Below, piece after piece: positions 18,903-29,151 of a stretch of 64,000 nt of DNA. This DNA is from Bdellovibrionales bacterium (GTDB lineage Bacteria > Bdellovibrionota > Bdellovibrionia > Bdellovibrionales > JAGQZY01): positions 128,001 through 192,000 of the forward strand of contig JANPLN010000015.1 in the NCBI GenBank assembly GCA_031426555.1, written 5' to 3'. The notes beneath the pieces were generated by a model. It did no database searches, was not told the origin of the DNA, and saw only the letters and a list, made by a program, of their open reading frames with translations. The position numbers and the translations under genes were made by a program. How positions within the stretch are numbered: the stretch's first letter is position 1; each line of letters starts with the position of its first letter.

Positions 18903-20707
18903 TGAGCGACTTGCAAAGAAGTCCCGATAAAATCAGAAACATTGCGATCATAGCACACGTGGATCACGGGAAAACCACGCTTGTCGATCATTTACTACGT
19001 CAAAGCGGTATGTACCGCGACAACGAACGCATGGATGAAAGAGTCATGGATTCCATGGATCTCGAAAAAGAACGCGGGATCACGATTGCTGCGAAAAACA
19101 CGAGCATTCTCTACAAAGACTACAAGATCAATATCGTCGATACGCCCGGGCACTCGGATTTCGGTGGTGAGGTTGAGCGAATTTTAGATATGGTGGATGG
19201 AGCGATTCTTTTGGTGGATGCCTCCGAAGGTCCACTTCCGCAAACACGCTTCGTGCTTTCAAAGGCCTTAGCTAAAAACATCAAGGTGTTTGTTTGTATT
19301 AATAAAATTGATAGAAAAGATGCGCGAATTCAAGAAGTGCAAAACGAAATTTTCGATCTGTTCATCGATCTCGAGGCTCCCGAAGAGCAAGCTGAATACG
19401 ATTGCATCTACGCCATTGCCCGCGAAGGCTTAGTCACTCTGGATCCAGAAGTGATTCCAGAGAAGAAAAGTCTTGAGATGATGTACGACTGGATTATCGA
19501 AAAACTTCCACCGCCAGTTGCAAAATTAGAAGGCTCCCTACAGATCATGATTTCGAACATCGGCTATAATAACTTTGTTGGACGCTTGGCCATTGGCCGC
19601 GTTCGCCAAGGCGCGATCAAGATGGGCGAAGAAGTCACACTTTCTGCGGAAAATGGCTTTAAGAAATTTAAAGTTACAGCCCTCTATTTGTACGATGGAC
19701 TTAAACAAGTTGCAGTGAACGAAATCTCAGCTGGGGACATCGCGGTTGTAGCGGGGTTTGAAGATTTTGGTATCGGCGACACCATCACGTCTTCGGCGAA
19801 TCCACAGCCACTTCCACGTTTGAAGGTTGATGAGCCCACTGTGGAAATCACAATTTCTGTCAACGACAGTCCGTTTGCGGGTAAAGATGGAAAGCACATC
19901 ACATCTCGTAAAATTTTAGAGCGTCTTGAAAAAGAGCTCCTTACGAATGTGGCCATTCGCATGATCCCTACCGATCGCCCCGAAGTTTGGCGCTTGCTCG
20001 GTCGCGGTGAATTGCAACTATCGGTTCTTGCCGAGCAAATGCGCCGTGAAGGATACGAGTTTATTTTAGGTAAGCCGCAAGTTATTTTGAAGAAAGATGG
20101 CGACAAAGTTCTTGAACCTATGGAAAAAATCTTTGTGGATGTACCTGAGCAATACACAGGGATTGTTTCTGAGAAACTTGGGCCTCGTAAAGGTGTGATG
20201 ATGAACATGACACCGATGCACGGTGGACGTATGCGTTTGGAATTTATGATTCCATCGCGCGGTTTGATTGGTTATCGTTCTGAATTTTTAACGGACACCA
20301 AAGGGATGGGCTTACTCAACCGGGAATTCGCAGGTTTTGAAGTTTTTAAAGGTGATATTGCAACACGAATGAACGGTGCGCTTATTTCGGATCGCACAGG
20401 TAAAACAACTCAGTATGCGATTTTCCATCTGGAAGACCGCGGCCGATTTTTTATCAACGCGAGCACCGAAGTTTATGAAGGTATGATCGTTGGTGAAAAC
20501 GCAAAAGAGAATAATATGTATGTGAACGCCGTTCGTGAGAAAAAACTGACCAACGTTCGCGCGTCGGGCTCTGATGAAGCGATTCGTTTAACTCCTGTGA
20601 AGCCGTTTACCATCGAACAAGCCATGGAGTGGATTAAAGACGACGAGTTGATCGAGATCACGCCAAACTTTGTCCGCATGCGTACAAAACATCTTAAACA
20701 GACTTAG
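18902..20707 (+). CDS. typA: Translational GTPase TypA/BipA
   Basis: [58 protein letters not shown]. Confidence 0.97.
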   Translation: MSDLQRSPDKIRNIAIIAHVDHGKTTLVDHLLRQSGMYRDNERMDERVMDSMDLEKERGITIAAKNTSILYKDYKINIVDTPGHSDFGGEVERILDMVDGAILLVDASEGPLPQTRFVLSKALAKNIKVFVCINKIDRKDARIQEVQNEIFDLFIDLEAPEEQAEYDCIYAIAREGLVTLDPEVIPEKKSLEMMYDWIIEKLPPPVAKLEGSLQIMISNIGYNNFVGRLAIGRVRQGAIKMGEEVTLSAENGFKKFKVTALYLYDGLKQVAVNEISAGDIAVVAGFEDFGIGDTITSSANPQPLPRLKVDEPTVEITISVNDSPFAGKDGKHITSRKILERLEKELLTNVAIRMIPTDRPEVWRLLGRGELQLSVLAEQMRREGYEFILGKPQVILKKDGDKVLEPMEKIFVDVPEQYTGIVSEKLGPRKGVMMNMTPMHGGRMRLEFMIPSRGLIGYRSEFLTDTKGMGLLNREFAGFEVFKGDIATRMNGALISDRTGKTTQYAIFHLEDRGRFFINASTEVYEGMIVGENAKENNMYVNAVREKKLTNVRASGSDEAIRLTPVKPFTIEQAMEWIKDDELIEITPNFVRMRTKHLKQT

Positions 20708-20749
20708 TAGCCTGTCGGCTACTGAAACTTAAGATGTCCTAAAAAACAG

Positions 20750-20782
20750 AAAAAGCCTTCTGGATCCAGGAGGCTTTTTTTT
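20750..20782. terminator. Bidirectional intrinsic terminator between convergent typA and mtgA-like genes
   Basis: AAAAAGCCTTCTGGATCCAGGAGGCTTTTTTTT hairpin flanked by A and T tracts. Confidence 0.8.
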
Positions 20783-20801
20783 GTCTGGAAAATCCTCAGA
20801 T

Positions 20802-21743
20802 TTAAAAATTACTACTGCTGTCGATATCAGATTCCATAGAAGGTGCCTCAGAGGGCGCGTCTGTCGCTGAATCAGATTCGTCAGACGAGTCAGTCTGCGG
20901 GTTGGTCGGCGAGTTGGCGGACGAATCCCGTCGTATTTCCTCAATACCCACCGCACTGGGCTCTGTTTCATCATCGTAATTTGGTGCCGGGCTCCATAAG
21001 CCGTAATCAACGCGTGCTGATTCCGCATCGTGGTCCTCTTGGGAAATTTTCCCCTGCAACAACAACAAACTCAAGGTGCGATTGACCCGGCTTTTGTTGT
21101 AGCGGCTGAGCTCTTTGTTCGCGTGAAAAGAGTTGGAGTATTTCACTGGGCTTGGCAAAAGCGAAATCAAATAAGCCCCTTCGGCGGGAGAGAGTTCGCT
21201 GGGAGATTTTTGAAAGTAATGCTGAGAGGCTTTGCGAATTCCGTAAATGTTTTTTCCAAACTCCACCACGTTAAAATACTTTTCGATGATTTGCGTTTTA
21301 GTTAATTTTTTTTCGATCTCTTGCGAGACAAAAAACTCTTTCATTTTGCGGATTAAACTTTTTTCTTTGCTCAGGTACAAATTTTTAGCCAGCTGCTGCG
21401 TAATTGTGGAACCCCCACGCACCCAGCGGCCGGCATCCATGCTTTTTTCTAAACTGTCTTTGATTTCGTCCCAGTCGAAACCTTGATGAAAATAAAAACT
21501 CGCATCTTCCGAGGCGATGAGCGAAGACACTAGATGTTTCGGCAACTGGTTGTAGCGCACGTAGGTTGATTTTTTTGGACAAAGCTCCACCTGAAACATA
21601 GAGGTGGTAAAACAATCGTTGATATTTGCGGTGGAGGGAATGCTTCGATAAGCAACCACGGCAAAAGCACCCATCACCAGAGTGAAAATGAGTAGAAAAA
21701 TTAAAAATGTATAAAGAAAAGATTTTTTACGAGAGGTAGCCAT
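20802..21743 (-). CDS. mtgA: Monofunctional peptidoglycan transglycosylase (GT51) with acidic tail
   Basis: SEDASFYFHQGFD, RGGSTITQQLAKNLYL, RKMKE, YFNVVEFG. Confidence 0.85.
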   Translation of the reverse strand: MATSRKKSFLYTFLIFLLIFTLVMGAFAVVAYRSIPSTANINDCFTTSMFQVELCPKKSTYVRYNQLPKHLVSSLIASEDASFYFHQGFDWDEIKDSLEKSMDAGRWVRGGSTITQQLAKNLYLSKEKSLIRKMKEFFVSQEIEKKLTKTQIIEKYFNVVEFGKNIYGIRKASQHYFQKSPSELSPAEGAYLISLLPSPVKYSNSFHANKELSRYNKSRVNRTLSLLLLQGKISQEDHDAESARVDYGLWSPAPNYDDETEPSAVGIEEIRRDSSANSPTNPQTDSSDESDSATDAPSEAPSMESDIDSSSNF

Positions 21744-22713
21744 TTTTTATCATCCACTCCACGCTGTCCTGGATAGCCAGTTTAGCAGGAGTGACTTTAA
21801 GGCCAAGTTCTTTTTGTGCTTTTTCGCTAGAAAACCAATGATACATGGACGAGGTCCAGGCGGTTTCGCGGCTCAACGGACCTTTCAGGCCAAGGGGAGT
21901 TAAAACGTTATCACCCAGCGCACCCAAAGTGTGCAGCGCCCAGCGGGGCAACAGCAAACCAGGGGCCTTCACTCCCGCAACAGCGGCGATCATGGCAAAC
22001 ACGTCTTTGAGCAAGAGGTTTTCACCCGCCACAATGTAGCGCTCGCCCACACGACCTTTTTGCGCGACAACCTTTAAACAGTAAACAACATCGTTGATAT
22101 GAACCACATTGACGCCACCTGGGGTATAAAAGGGAAATTTTCCCATGGCCACCTTGCGCTGAACATTGCGACTGCCCTTGGTGGCATCGCCCGCGCCGTA
22201 CACCGTGGAGGGATTAAGTATATAGGCGTTAAGACCATTGTGCTGAACCGCTGTCTTCACAAGCTCTTCGGCGGCGTGCTTGGTTTCGAAATAGCCTAAC
22301 TGTAAATGTTTAATATTGTAGGGAGCCGTTTCTGTAAGAGACGAGGGCTTAAAACTTGCGCCGATGGCCACCACAGAGCTCATGTAAACCAACGCTGGAG
22401 TTTTTTGCGTGACACAGGCATCAACCACTTTTTGAGTGCCACCCACGTTTACTTTTTCCATCTCTTTGCGCTCGGAGGGCTTGTAGGCAATTTTGCCCGC
22501 TAAATGATAAACGATGTCTTGGTTTTCGGTGGCCGTAAGCAACGAGTGAAAATCGGTGACGTCGCCGAGGGCGGCGCGAACCGGGAGACCTTTGAGTTCT
22601 GTGTCTTTGAGGGGTCTACGAACTAAAACGGTCACATCGTGACCGTCTTTTATGAGTTGATTTACGAGATGCTGTCCGATGAAGCCAGTGGCTCCAGTGA
22701 CTAAAGCTTTCAT
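21727..22713 (-). CDS. NAD-dependent epimerase/dehydratase (HpnA/dihydroflavonol-reductase-like)
   Basis: VTGATGFIG, YFETK (YxxxK), NPSTVYG, GRVGERYI. Confidence 0.85.
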   Translation of the reverse strand: MKALVTGATGFIGQHLVNQLIKDGHDVTVLVRRPLKDTELKGLPVRAALGDVTDFHSLLTATENQDIVYHLAGKIAYKPSERKEMEKVNVGGTQKVVDACVTQKTPALVYMSSVVAIGASFKPSSLTETAPYNIKHLQLGYFETKHAAEELVKTAVQHNGLNAYILNPSTVYGAGDATKGSRNVQRKVAMGKFPFYTPGGVNVVHINDVVYCLKVVAQKGRVGERYIVAGENLLLKDVFAMIAAVAGVKAPGLLLPRWALHTLGALGDNVLTPLGLKGPLSRETAWTSSMYHWFSSEKAQKELGLKVTPAKLAIQDSVEWMIKNGYLS

Positions 22714-22727
22714 TGGGCTTTCACAAT

Positions 22728-23324
22728 TTAGAAGCAGTCTTTAAGATCTTTAATTGTGCGGCCATTGCCGAGTTTTGCATTGATTTCGTTGATCTTAACC
22801 AACAACACGCCCTCGTTACCAAGATCGCTACGTGAAGACACGCTTTCGATCATTGTTGCAACATCATTGATCTTTACAAGATCAACTGTTCCAGCGGTGT
22901 CGTTCGAAATAGTTTCAACAACAGACGTTGCCATTTTAGAAGCGGCTTCTAAAACCAGCTTCCCGTTTTCACCAAGAGCCGTAACCGCTTTTGCGTTGAC
23001 CACGGTGTTCGTCATTTTTCCAAGGAGTGCACTAACAGATGCTTTTGCTTCTGGGCTTCTGTCTTTTAAATTACGAATAGTTTCAGCTTTCATTTCTGGT
23101 AATCCAGCGCGAACATAACCATCCACCAAGCGTTCAGCTTCTTTGCTATCTTTAGCAATACCTGAATTGACGAGATCTGTTTTCATTGTTGTTTGAGCGG
23201 CACGAGAGATTCGGCCTTCTGAGCGAACTTCTGCAGCTCCTGCGGGTTTACCACCGGTCGGACCGGCAAATGCAGTGCTTGTTAGAAGAGAAAGAGTAAT
23301 AAAAATTTTTGCAGTTAAACGCAT
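22728..23324 (-). CDS. Hypothetical exported helical protein
   Basis: Signal peptide MRLTAKIFITLSLLTSTAFA; AAGGAG RBS. Confidence 0.7.
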   Translation of the reverse strand: MRLTAKIFITLSLLTSTAFAGPTGGKPAGAAEVRSEGRISRAAQTTMKTDLVNSGIAKDSKEAERLVDGYVRAGLPEMKAETIRNLKDRSPEAKASVSALLGKMTNTVVNAKAVTALGENGKLVLEAASKMATSVVETISNDTAGTVDLVKINDVATMIESVSSRSDLGNEGVLLVKINEINAKLGNGRTIKDLKDCF

Positions 23325-23354
23325 AGGGTCTCCTTTTATGCTTTTGTGAGGTTA

Positions 23355-26336
23355 TTATTCCTTGGTTAAATTAAATAATCCAGCTAAAAATATATACGAA
23401 TCATAGTAGTTGTTAGTTTCCTCTAAAAGCAGCCTAATGTGTTTTACAATCTGCAAGACTGTGTATTTTTTATATTCCGCGGGGGTCATTTGGCTCACTT
23501 GCTGGGCCGTAAAAGTAATTTCCGTGGCGATATTATCGATATCGTCGAAATTTAAACCTACGAGATCGGCGCTCAATTCGCCACTGAGATCCATCAACTG
23601 ACCCATGCGTTGGGTTTTTTCCTCAAAAGAATTTCCAAATAAAGTGCGCGATACATCCTGGGTGAACAAGAAAGGATTGGGGCTAGTAATATTCTCGAGG
23701 GGAATATCGTTGATCGAGGCCGCATCATTCGCATGCCGTATATGGCGCGTATGTTCGGCAAAAAGCAGTAAAAAGTGATCTAATTTTTGTTTGAGTGCAA
23801 CTCTTCGCTGATTGGGACCTGGGTAAAAACCACCTGTCACTTTTTCGAGGGCTTTAGTGTAAATTTGCATCTGGCCAATCAATGACATATTGACGCTTTC
23901 GCGATTTAAAACTTTATGGTGAACGTTGCTTTCGTTGGTCGGCGTTGCCGCGCTTCGTGGTCCACGATAGACACTGTTGTTTGCCACAAGCAAGGAAGGG
24001 CTTTCGTAACTGACAAACGAAATTAAGTTGTCGTCCACCATTTGTTTATAGCTTGCGACAAACTTTTTATAAAAAGACATAACTTCGAACGTCATGAGTG
24101 AGTTCCACCATCTACGTGCATCATCAGCTGTGGCTCCAGTTGTTAAACGCATTCGAGTGTCAGTGAGTACGGAGAGTGGATCAATGTATTTAGAAAAGTT
24201 TGTTAACCAAACGGCGCCGGGTTTGATATCAGAAAACTCCGCGCTTTCGTCCATATCCTTCGCCAAGAACAAAGGATTGATGCGTGCGAAATTACAGCTT
24301 TCTGAGTAAAAAGCGTCGTTTGAAAGAGCGACCAAGCGTGGCAGTTCGAGCGTCGCTGGAAGACCATCCATCTTCGCATTGGATTTGAAAATGAAGTCGT
24401 TGGAACACAGTACCTGGCGGAGTGTATTTTCGATGGGAAGTGTGTCAGTTAAAAGGTGTGTCCACTCGACGTTGTAAGATACAAAAGAATTTCTGTTTTG
24501 AGAGAAGAAGAGGTCTTTGCTCGCGGGGATAAATCGCAAAATCTTCATTGCACGGCAAAAAGAGGGATCACGATCGAAGCCGCCACAAATGCGCTCAGAG
24601 TTCCAAGGCTGTTGAGCAGTTATTTTTTGTTTAAATCCGACCAGAAGAGTTGCGAGTTGAGTTTCGAGAGTGCTGCGATTGCTGACCGAAGCATCTTTAA
24701 ATGAATCTTTGTACGCGGTGAAAGCGGCTTCGAGCTGAGCCATATCCTTCTGCAAAAAGATTTGATGAGACTGCACGAGGGGTGCGGTTGAGGCGCGAAA
24801 GTACTCTTCCCATGTGGTTTTTACGGCAAAAGCGGTATCATAAAGAGAAAGTAATGTGGGCGGTTTCTCGCTTCGCTGCGTGTAGATTTCTTGCAATAAA
24901 AATTTAGCGGAAAAGAATGAAGAGACATATTTTTCCCACTTCATCATGTAGTCCGGAAAAGAACGTGTGAGGCGAGCCAGCGTTACACGCTCACGGTACC
25001 GACGAGAAAAGAAATCCAGATCTTTAAGAGATTGTGCTAAATAATCCACCGATTTACATCTTTGAATAGATCCACCGCGGGTTCTCTGCATGGTGCAAGA
25101 GACGTCCACACTTTCCGGCGACAAACCCTGAGCTCTTTCGATGGCGGACGCCGTTGCTAAAAGCTGTTGGGTATTGCGACGGACATCAGGTGCATCGTAC
25201 AGGTACCACACCATTTGCATGGTTGGTATTTCGAGAACTTTGGTCCACGCCAGAAAAATAACAAGCTCTCCAACCATAATAAACACGCCACCAACACCGG
25301 AGCTACCAGCGCCAACGCGCACAACTCTGAGGGCGGTTTTTGCAACCCGCAAGGTGCGAGTTTGGTTCATGTAGCGCAGGAGGGCGCTTTGAGAAGCGCG
25401 AGCTTGCGCGGGAGCGTTAAAGAATTTGCCGTTATTGAGAAGCCACTGAAAGAACTTCTGCGAACCCGCGGACATCATGGCACCGCCGATGAGAGATGGA
25501 ATGCCGGCACCGAAATCGAGCCAGAATTTTTCGGCAGATAAAAAGTGATTGAGTGCAGATTTGCAAAATGTGCTAGAAAAATCTATTTTCGCAAGATCAC
25601 GGAAGCATTCTTTAAAAGTTGGAATGGTAAGAAGATGCGAAACTACCTGTTGAGCCGCCATACCAAAAGACATCCCAGCATATCCAATAAGAGGGCGCCA
25701 CTTGCGCATCACTTTTTCCGTGATGGGCTTACCGCGAAGTTCGGAGGCAAAAATGACGGCGTTATTAATATTTGATGAAGCAATACGGTTTCCTAAAACA
25801 AAGCTAAAAAAGCCAATGTTACCTTCGAGCGTGGTCATGGCCTTGAGAAGATGTTCCGCACAAAGAGGTGTGTTGGAGTTGGTTGTTGGGGCCCATGTCC
25901 ACTCATTAAAAAGAGAGCCGTTTCCTATGCCATAACAGCCCACAAGCTCCATCACGATCATGGCCGCATTGAATTTTCCATACTCTGCGGGAAATCCACG
26001 GACGGCACCGGTAAAGTTTCTGCGAAAGTTTCCGTCCTGTTTCAGTGCCGCATTTAAATCTCGGGCGGTGGCAATATCGATGGGAATTAATTGTCGGCCG
26101 TTTTCAGTTTCGGCAACGGTATAAAAAACTTCGGTGAGCCTTCCCGTCATGGGATCAAGGCTTCTTTGGATATACATGTTGGGTGTGGTGGGATGCGGAA
26201 CTAAATTTGCGGGATGGGAGCCGTCGACAGTTGTTAGACTGCTAACATCCACGCGAGATTCGTCTGCGGGGCTGGCGAAGCTGAAAAGCGGGAACGTAGC
26301 CAAACATATAAATAGATAAAAACTTCTTATCGACAT
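23355..26336 (-). CDS. Large hypothetical exported protein (993 aa)
   Basis: Signal peptide; several Gly-rich hydrophobic helices in the N-terminal half; no recognisable family. Confidence 0.7.
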   Translation of the reverse strand: MSIRSFYLFICLATFPLFSFASPADESRVDVSSLTTVDGSHPANLVPHPTTPNMYIQRSLDPMTGRLTEVFYTVAETENGRQLIPIDIATARDLNAALKQDGNFRRNFTGAVRGFPAEYGKFNAAMIVMELVGCYGIGNGSLFNEWTWAPTTNSNTPLCAEHLLKAMTTLEGNIGFFSFVLGNRIASSNINNAVIFASELRGKPITEKVMRKWRPLIGYAGMSFGMAAQQVVSHLLTIPTFKECFRDLAKIDFSSTFCKSALNHFLSAEKFWLDFGAGIPSLIGGAMMSAGSQKFFQWLLNNGKFFNAPAQARASQSALLRYMNQTRTLRVAKTALRVVRVGAGSSGVGGVFIMVGELVIFLAWTKVLEIPTMQMVWYLYDAPDVRRNTQQLLATASAIERAQGLSPESVDVSCTMQRTRGGSIQRCKSVDYLAQSLKDLDFFSRRYRERVTLARLTRSFPDYMMKWEKYVSSFFSAKFLLQEIYTQRSEKPPTLLSLYDTAFAVKTTWEEYFRASTAPLVQSHQIFLQKDMAQLEAAFTAYKDSFKDASVSNRSTLETQLATLLVGFKQKITAQQPWNSERICGGFDRDPSFCRAMKILRFIPASKDLFFSQNRNSFVSYNVEWTHLLTDTLPIENTLRQVLCSNDFIFKSNAKMDGLPATLELPRLVALSNDAFYSESCNFARINPLFLAKDMDESAEFSDIKPGAVWLTNFSKYIDPLSVLTDTRMRLTTGATADDARRWWNSLMTFEVMSFYKKFVASYKQMVDDNLISFVSYESPSLLVANNSVYRGPRSAATPTNESNVHHKVLNRESVNMSLIGQMQIYTKALEKVTGGFYPGPNQRRVALKQKLDHFLLLFAEHTRHIRHANDAASINDIPLENITSPNPFLFTQDVSRTLFGNSFEEKTQRMGQLMDLSGELSADLVGLNFDDIDNIATEITFTAQQVSQMTPAEYKKYTVLQIVKHIRLLLEETNNYYDSYIFLAGLFNLTKE

Positions 26337-26349
26337 AGCAATATCCTGA

Positions 26350-26364
26350 GCAAAGATTGGACCA
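26350..26364 (-). promoter_or_regulatory. Putative sigma54 -24/-12 promoter
   Basis: Minus strand TGGTCCAATCTTTGC (GG-N10-GC) just upstream of the 993-aa gene. Confidence 0.5.
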
Positions 26365-26497
26365 CTTTTAAAATCATAAACGGGCTTTAAGCTCTCCTTT
26401 AATACGAGATAGGCTCAAAATTGCAAGGAGAGTGTATTAAAATTAGACACTACTGAGCATTAGTTTCAATCAGGCGTATTTGGAGGCGGACGCTTGG

Positions 26498-26512
26498 TGG
26501 CACTCAAATTGC
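26498..26512 (+). promoter_or_regulatory. Sigma54 -24/-12 promoter
   Basis: TGGCACTCAAATTGC matches the consensus TGGCAC-N5-TTGC, 35 bp before the lipoprotein start. Confidence 0.7.
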
Positions 26513-26547
26513 TCAATAGGAGGTTGGACAGATGACTTGGGGTAAAT

Positions 26548-27207
26548 ATGACATTGAATTTAAAGCTAAAGATACTAATTCTGTTTGTAGTGGGTTGCGG
26601 TTTTACGGCCTGTGCAGACAAATCTTTTGAATCGGCATCGCCATCGGTTAATGATGACGATATTTTTCAGCCGCCAACACCCACCGATGATGATGACGAT
26701 ATCATTGTAAATCCAGACCCTATTGTAAATCCAGATCCCATTGTTTGTCCTCGCTACGATCTCATCGTGGACTCCGTGGACCAACAAACCGCACATCGCA
26801 ACTTCCGCTTTAATTTTAATTCCGAAATGAAAATGAATAGCACTCAAGGTGATATTGATATTGTATTTCAGCGGGACAGCTCTTCAGTTCGCTACACACG
26901 TTGCTCTGGATCTTTTTTGAACACCGCAATGATGCCTGGGCTTAAACCGTTAGATATTACTCAAGAACTCACCAAGCAGATTCTGATCAGTCATGGCAAG
27001 GTTTGCGCATCGGTGATGCCGGAACGCTACTCAACCATTCGCGTGATCGATTCTGCCACTGGACGCACACTGTTCGATGAGCAAGTTTTTCGTCAGCAAA
27101 ATGGAGCCTGTGAGTTTGGTTATTCCACATCGGGCCAGGAATTGCGCCGCCAGTTGATCGACTTCTCGCGCGCCATCGTAGACATCAAAGCCGCATCCTG
27201 CATCTAA
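26548..27207 (+). CDS. Hypothetical lipoprotein
   Basis: Lipobox FTAC; acidic Pro-rich linker; Cys-containing globular domain. Confidence 0.7.
   Translation: MTLNLKLKILILFVVGCGFTACADKSFESASPSVNDDDIFQPPTPTDDDDDIIVNPDPIVNPDPIVCPRYDLIVDSVDQQTAHRNFRFNFNSEMKMNSTQGDIDIVFQRDSSSVRYTRCSGSFLNTAMMPGLKPLDITQELTKQILISHGKVCASVMPERYSTIRVIDSATGRTLFDEQVFRQQNGACEFGYSTSGQELRRQLIDFSRAIVDIKAASCI
26704..26744 (+). repeat. 18-bp coding tandem repeat (IVNPDP x2)
   Basis: attgtaaatccagaccct / attgtaaatccagatccc / attgt. Confidence 0.8.
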
Positions 27208-27224
27208 AAGGATCGGCGTACGCT

Positions 27225-28628
27225 CTAGGTATCCGCGTAGTTTTCGACGTCGAACTCTAAGCTTAATTCATGCGGGAGTGGGCGTCGAATCGCGCGGTAA
27301 TACGTTCGCGGCGACATCGACAACAAATCTGTGAGTATAGGCATGTAGATGTCGGCAAAGCGATCCACTTGATACGCAAAATAACTTTCTTCGTTTCCGG
27401 CACGCATGGTTTGTCCCCAGTAGGGATTAAAAATCGCTTGGATCTCTTCGATCAGTTTACTGATCTGCTGATCAATGCGGGTGGTTTCATCCTGAATTTT
27501 CTTAAGCTCTTCCGTATGCGTTTTTCCAGTTTCGATCTCTTCGGACGCCAGGCGAACCGCTTCGTGTTCGAGGGGCGATTTTTTCTGCATCAACTGTTGG
27601 ATTTGCAGTTGGCAAGGATTGGCTTTTCGTAAACTTTCGATTTCGCTCTCAAGCTCATCGATAACAACAGCTGTGCGCCATTTGCTATCTTTTTTTAAGC
27701 GAACAATATCACCGTAGATATGATCGCCCACATAAAGAATATCTTCGCCCTTCACGTCCAGGCTTTCTTCAAACAAAGGAGCACAGCCCCCTTGGTAGAT
27801 GCCGGGAACGAGTTTAGCGTCGTAATTCGTGAGCGAGCCATCTGTCGGATTCACTTTAAGAAAATTTTGGTTATCGTAAAAAAATCTCGGCTTGCGAGCG
27901 CTTGTGATCACATATTCAAAAAGATCCGTCCAAGATTTGTGTTCTTTTAAATATGGGGTCACTGCAAAATCGAGCAGGGCCTTTGAGTAGTGGTAGTCGG
28001 AGTTGGTAACGATAAAGAGTCTCTTGCCATGTTTTTTGTAGCGCTCGAGGCCTTCAACAAGTTTGGGATCGGCAATGATATATTTTGCGAGATCCTTGCG
28101 AACAATACTTTTTAGCGAATCATCTCTGTGTGCCATATCCATAGCTTCGATGATGTCGCTTAAGAGCTTGGGATACTCGGGCATCTTGTGCTCAGGCGTG
28201 GTGTCTTTAACATCCACCAACTGGCCAAACAGGATGGCAACGGAAAGCGAGAAAGCGGTGTCCACCGCTACAAAATTTTTATCGCTTAAGTCAACATAGG
28301 TGCCATGATAATCTTTTTGTTGCTGGCGGTAATCGATACGTTTTGTTCCATGGTGACTTACGCGAATGGCGCCATGCCGACTCACTTTGAGGATATTACC
28401 TTTGGCAGAATCGATCACCAGTCCGCGAATGACGGAGGTAAACTCAAAAGGTAATTTTAATATTTTTTCAGGGTAGCCTTGAACTTGTACAAGCTTTTTT
28501 AAAAGGTGTTGGTGAGCCAAAGCTTCGAAAGTATGGCTGTAGTAGCGCACCAACGTGTGATCCATATCAAAGCCAATATGCTTAATTTTTCTGAGATTGA
28601 GAGTTCTGTTTGTGAAGACGTTGGCCAT
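27225..28628 (-). CDS. HAD-IG family 5'-nucleotidase (cN-II-like)
   Basis: VFTNRTLNL, GFDMDHTLVRY, FIVTNS, KPRFF, YVGDHIYGDI. Confidence 0.92.
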   Translation of the reverse strand: MANVFTNRTLNLRKIKHIGFDMDHTLVRYYSHTFEALAHQHLLKKLVQVQGYPEKILKLPFEFTSVIRGLVIDSAKGNILKVSRHGAIRVSHHGTKRIDYRQQQKDYHGTYVDLSDKNFVAVDTAFSLSVAILFGQLVDVKDTTPEHKMPEYPKLLSDIIEAMDMAHRDDSLKSIVRKDLAKYIIADPKLVEGLERYKKHGKRLFIVTNSDYHYSKALLDFAVTPYLKEHKSWTDLFEYVITSARKPRFFYDNQNFLKVNPTDGSLTNYDAKLVPGIYQGGCAPLFEESLDVKGEDILYVGDHIYGDIVRLKKDSKWRTAVVIDELESEIESLRKANPCQLQIQQLMQKKSPLEHEAVRLASEEIETGKTHTEELKKIQDETTRIDQQISKLIEEIQAIFNPYWGQTMRAGNEESYFAYQVDRFADIYMPILTDLLSMSPRTYYRAIRRPLPHELSLEFDVENYADT

Positions 28629-28651
28629 AGGTAAGTCAGCTTTCCTTATTA

Positions 28652-29002
28652 TTATTTTTCGATTTTGAGACCGTACTCATTCCAAAGTAACATGCCACCG
28701 CGCATATTATAAACTTCGCTAAAGCCACTTTCGAGAGCAAAGCTTGTGGCCTGCGCGGAGCGACCGCCACTCCGACAAACAAAAACGATGGCTTTATCCT
28801 TTGGAAGGGAGTCGATTTTGGCCGGGAGTTGGTGGAGAGTGAGAAGAGTTGCGCCGGGAATGTGCCCCAGTTCGCCAACGAATTCGTCGGGTCGACGAAC
28901 ATCAATCAAGGTGAGCTCGGCGGTTTTGCTTTGGATCTCTTTTGGGTCTAAATCCCACACTTCAGGGAAATGGGGGTTTTCACTTTTCGAAGTAAATTCC
29001 AT
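28652..29002 (-). CDS. Rhodanese-like domain protein
   Basis: LIDVRRPDEF..GHIPGA, VCRSGGRS, GGMLLW; start after GGAGG. Confidence 0.88.
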   Translation of the reverse strand: MEFTSKSENPHFPEVWDLDPKEIQSKTAELTLIDVRRPDEFVGELGHIPGATLLTLHQLPAKIDSLPKDKAIVFVCRSGGRSAQATSFALESGFSEVYNMRGGMLLWNEYGLKIEK

Positions 29003-29151
29003 GACTTCCTCCAGAGGACGATTATGGTCGTTAAGAGGGAAGTCGCCTACCAAAATCTTAAAAATGATATGCTGCGCACAACAAGTGCGCACTGTGATAG
29101 ACGCAAATGCAAAGATGTGTCATCCATTCAACTGGTTGCCGAGGAGGACTT

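Noticed and set aside
26704..26744. Tandem repeat as a CRISPR or contingency locus
   Set aside because: Only two in-frame 18-bp units encoding a Pro/Asp linker, with no spacers.
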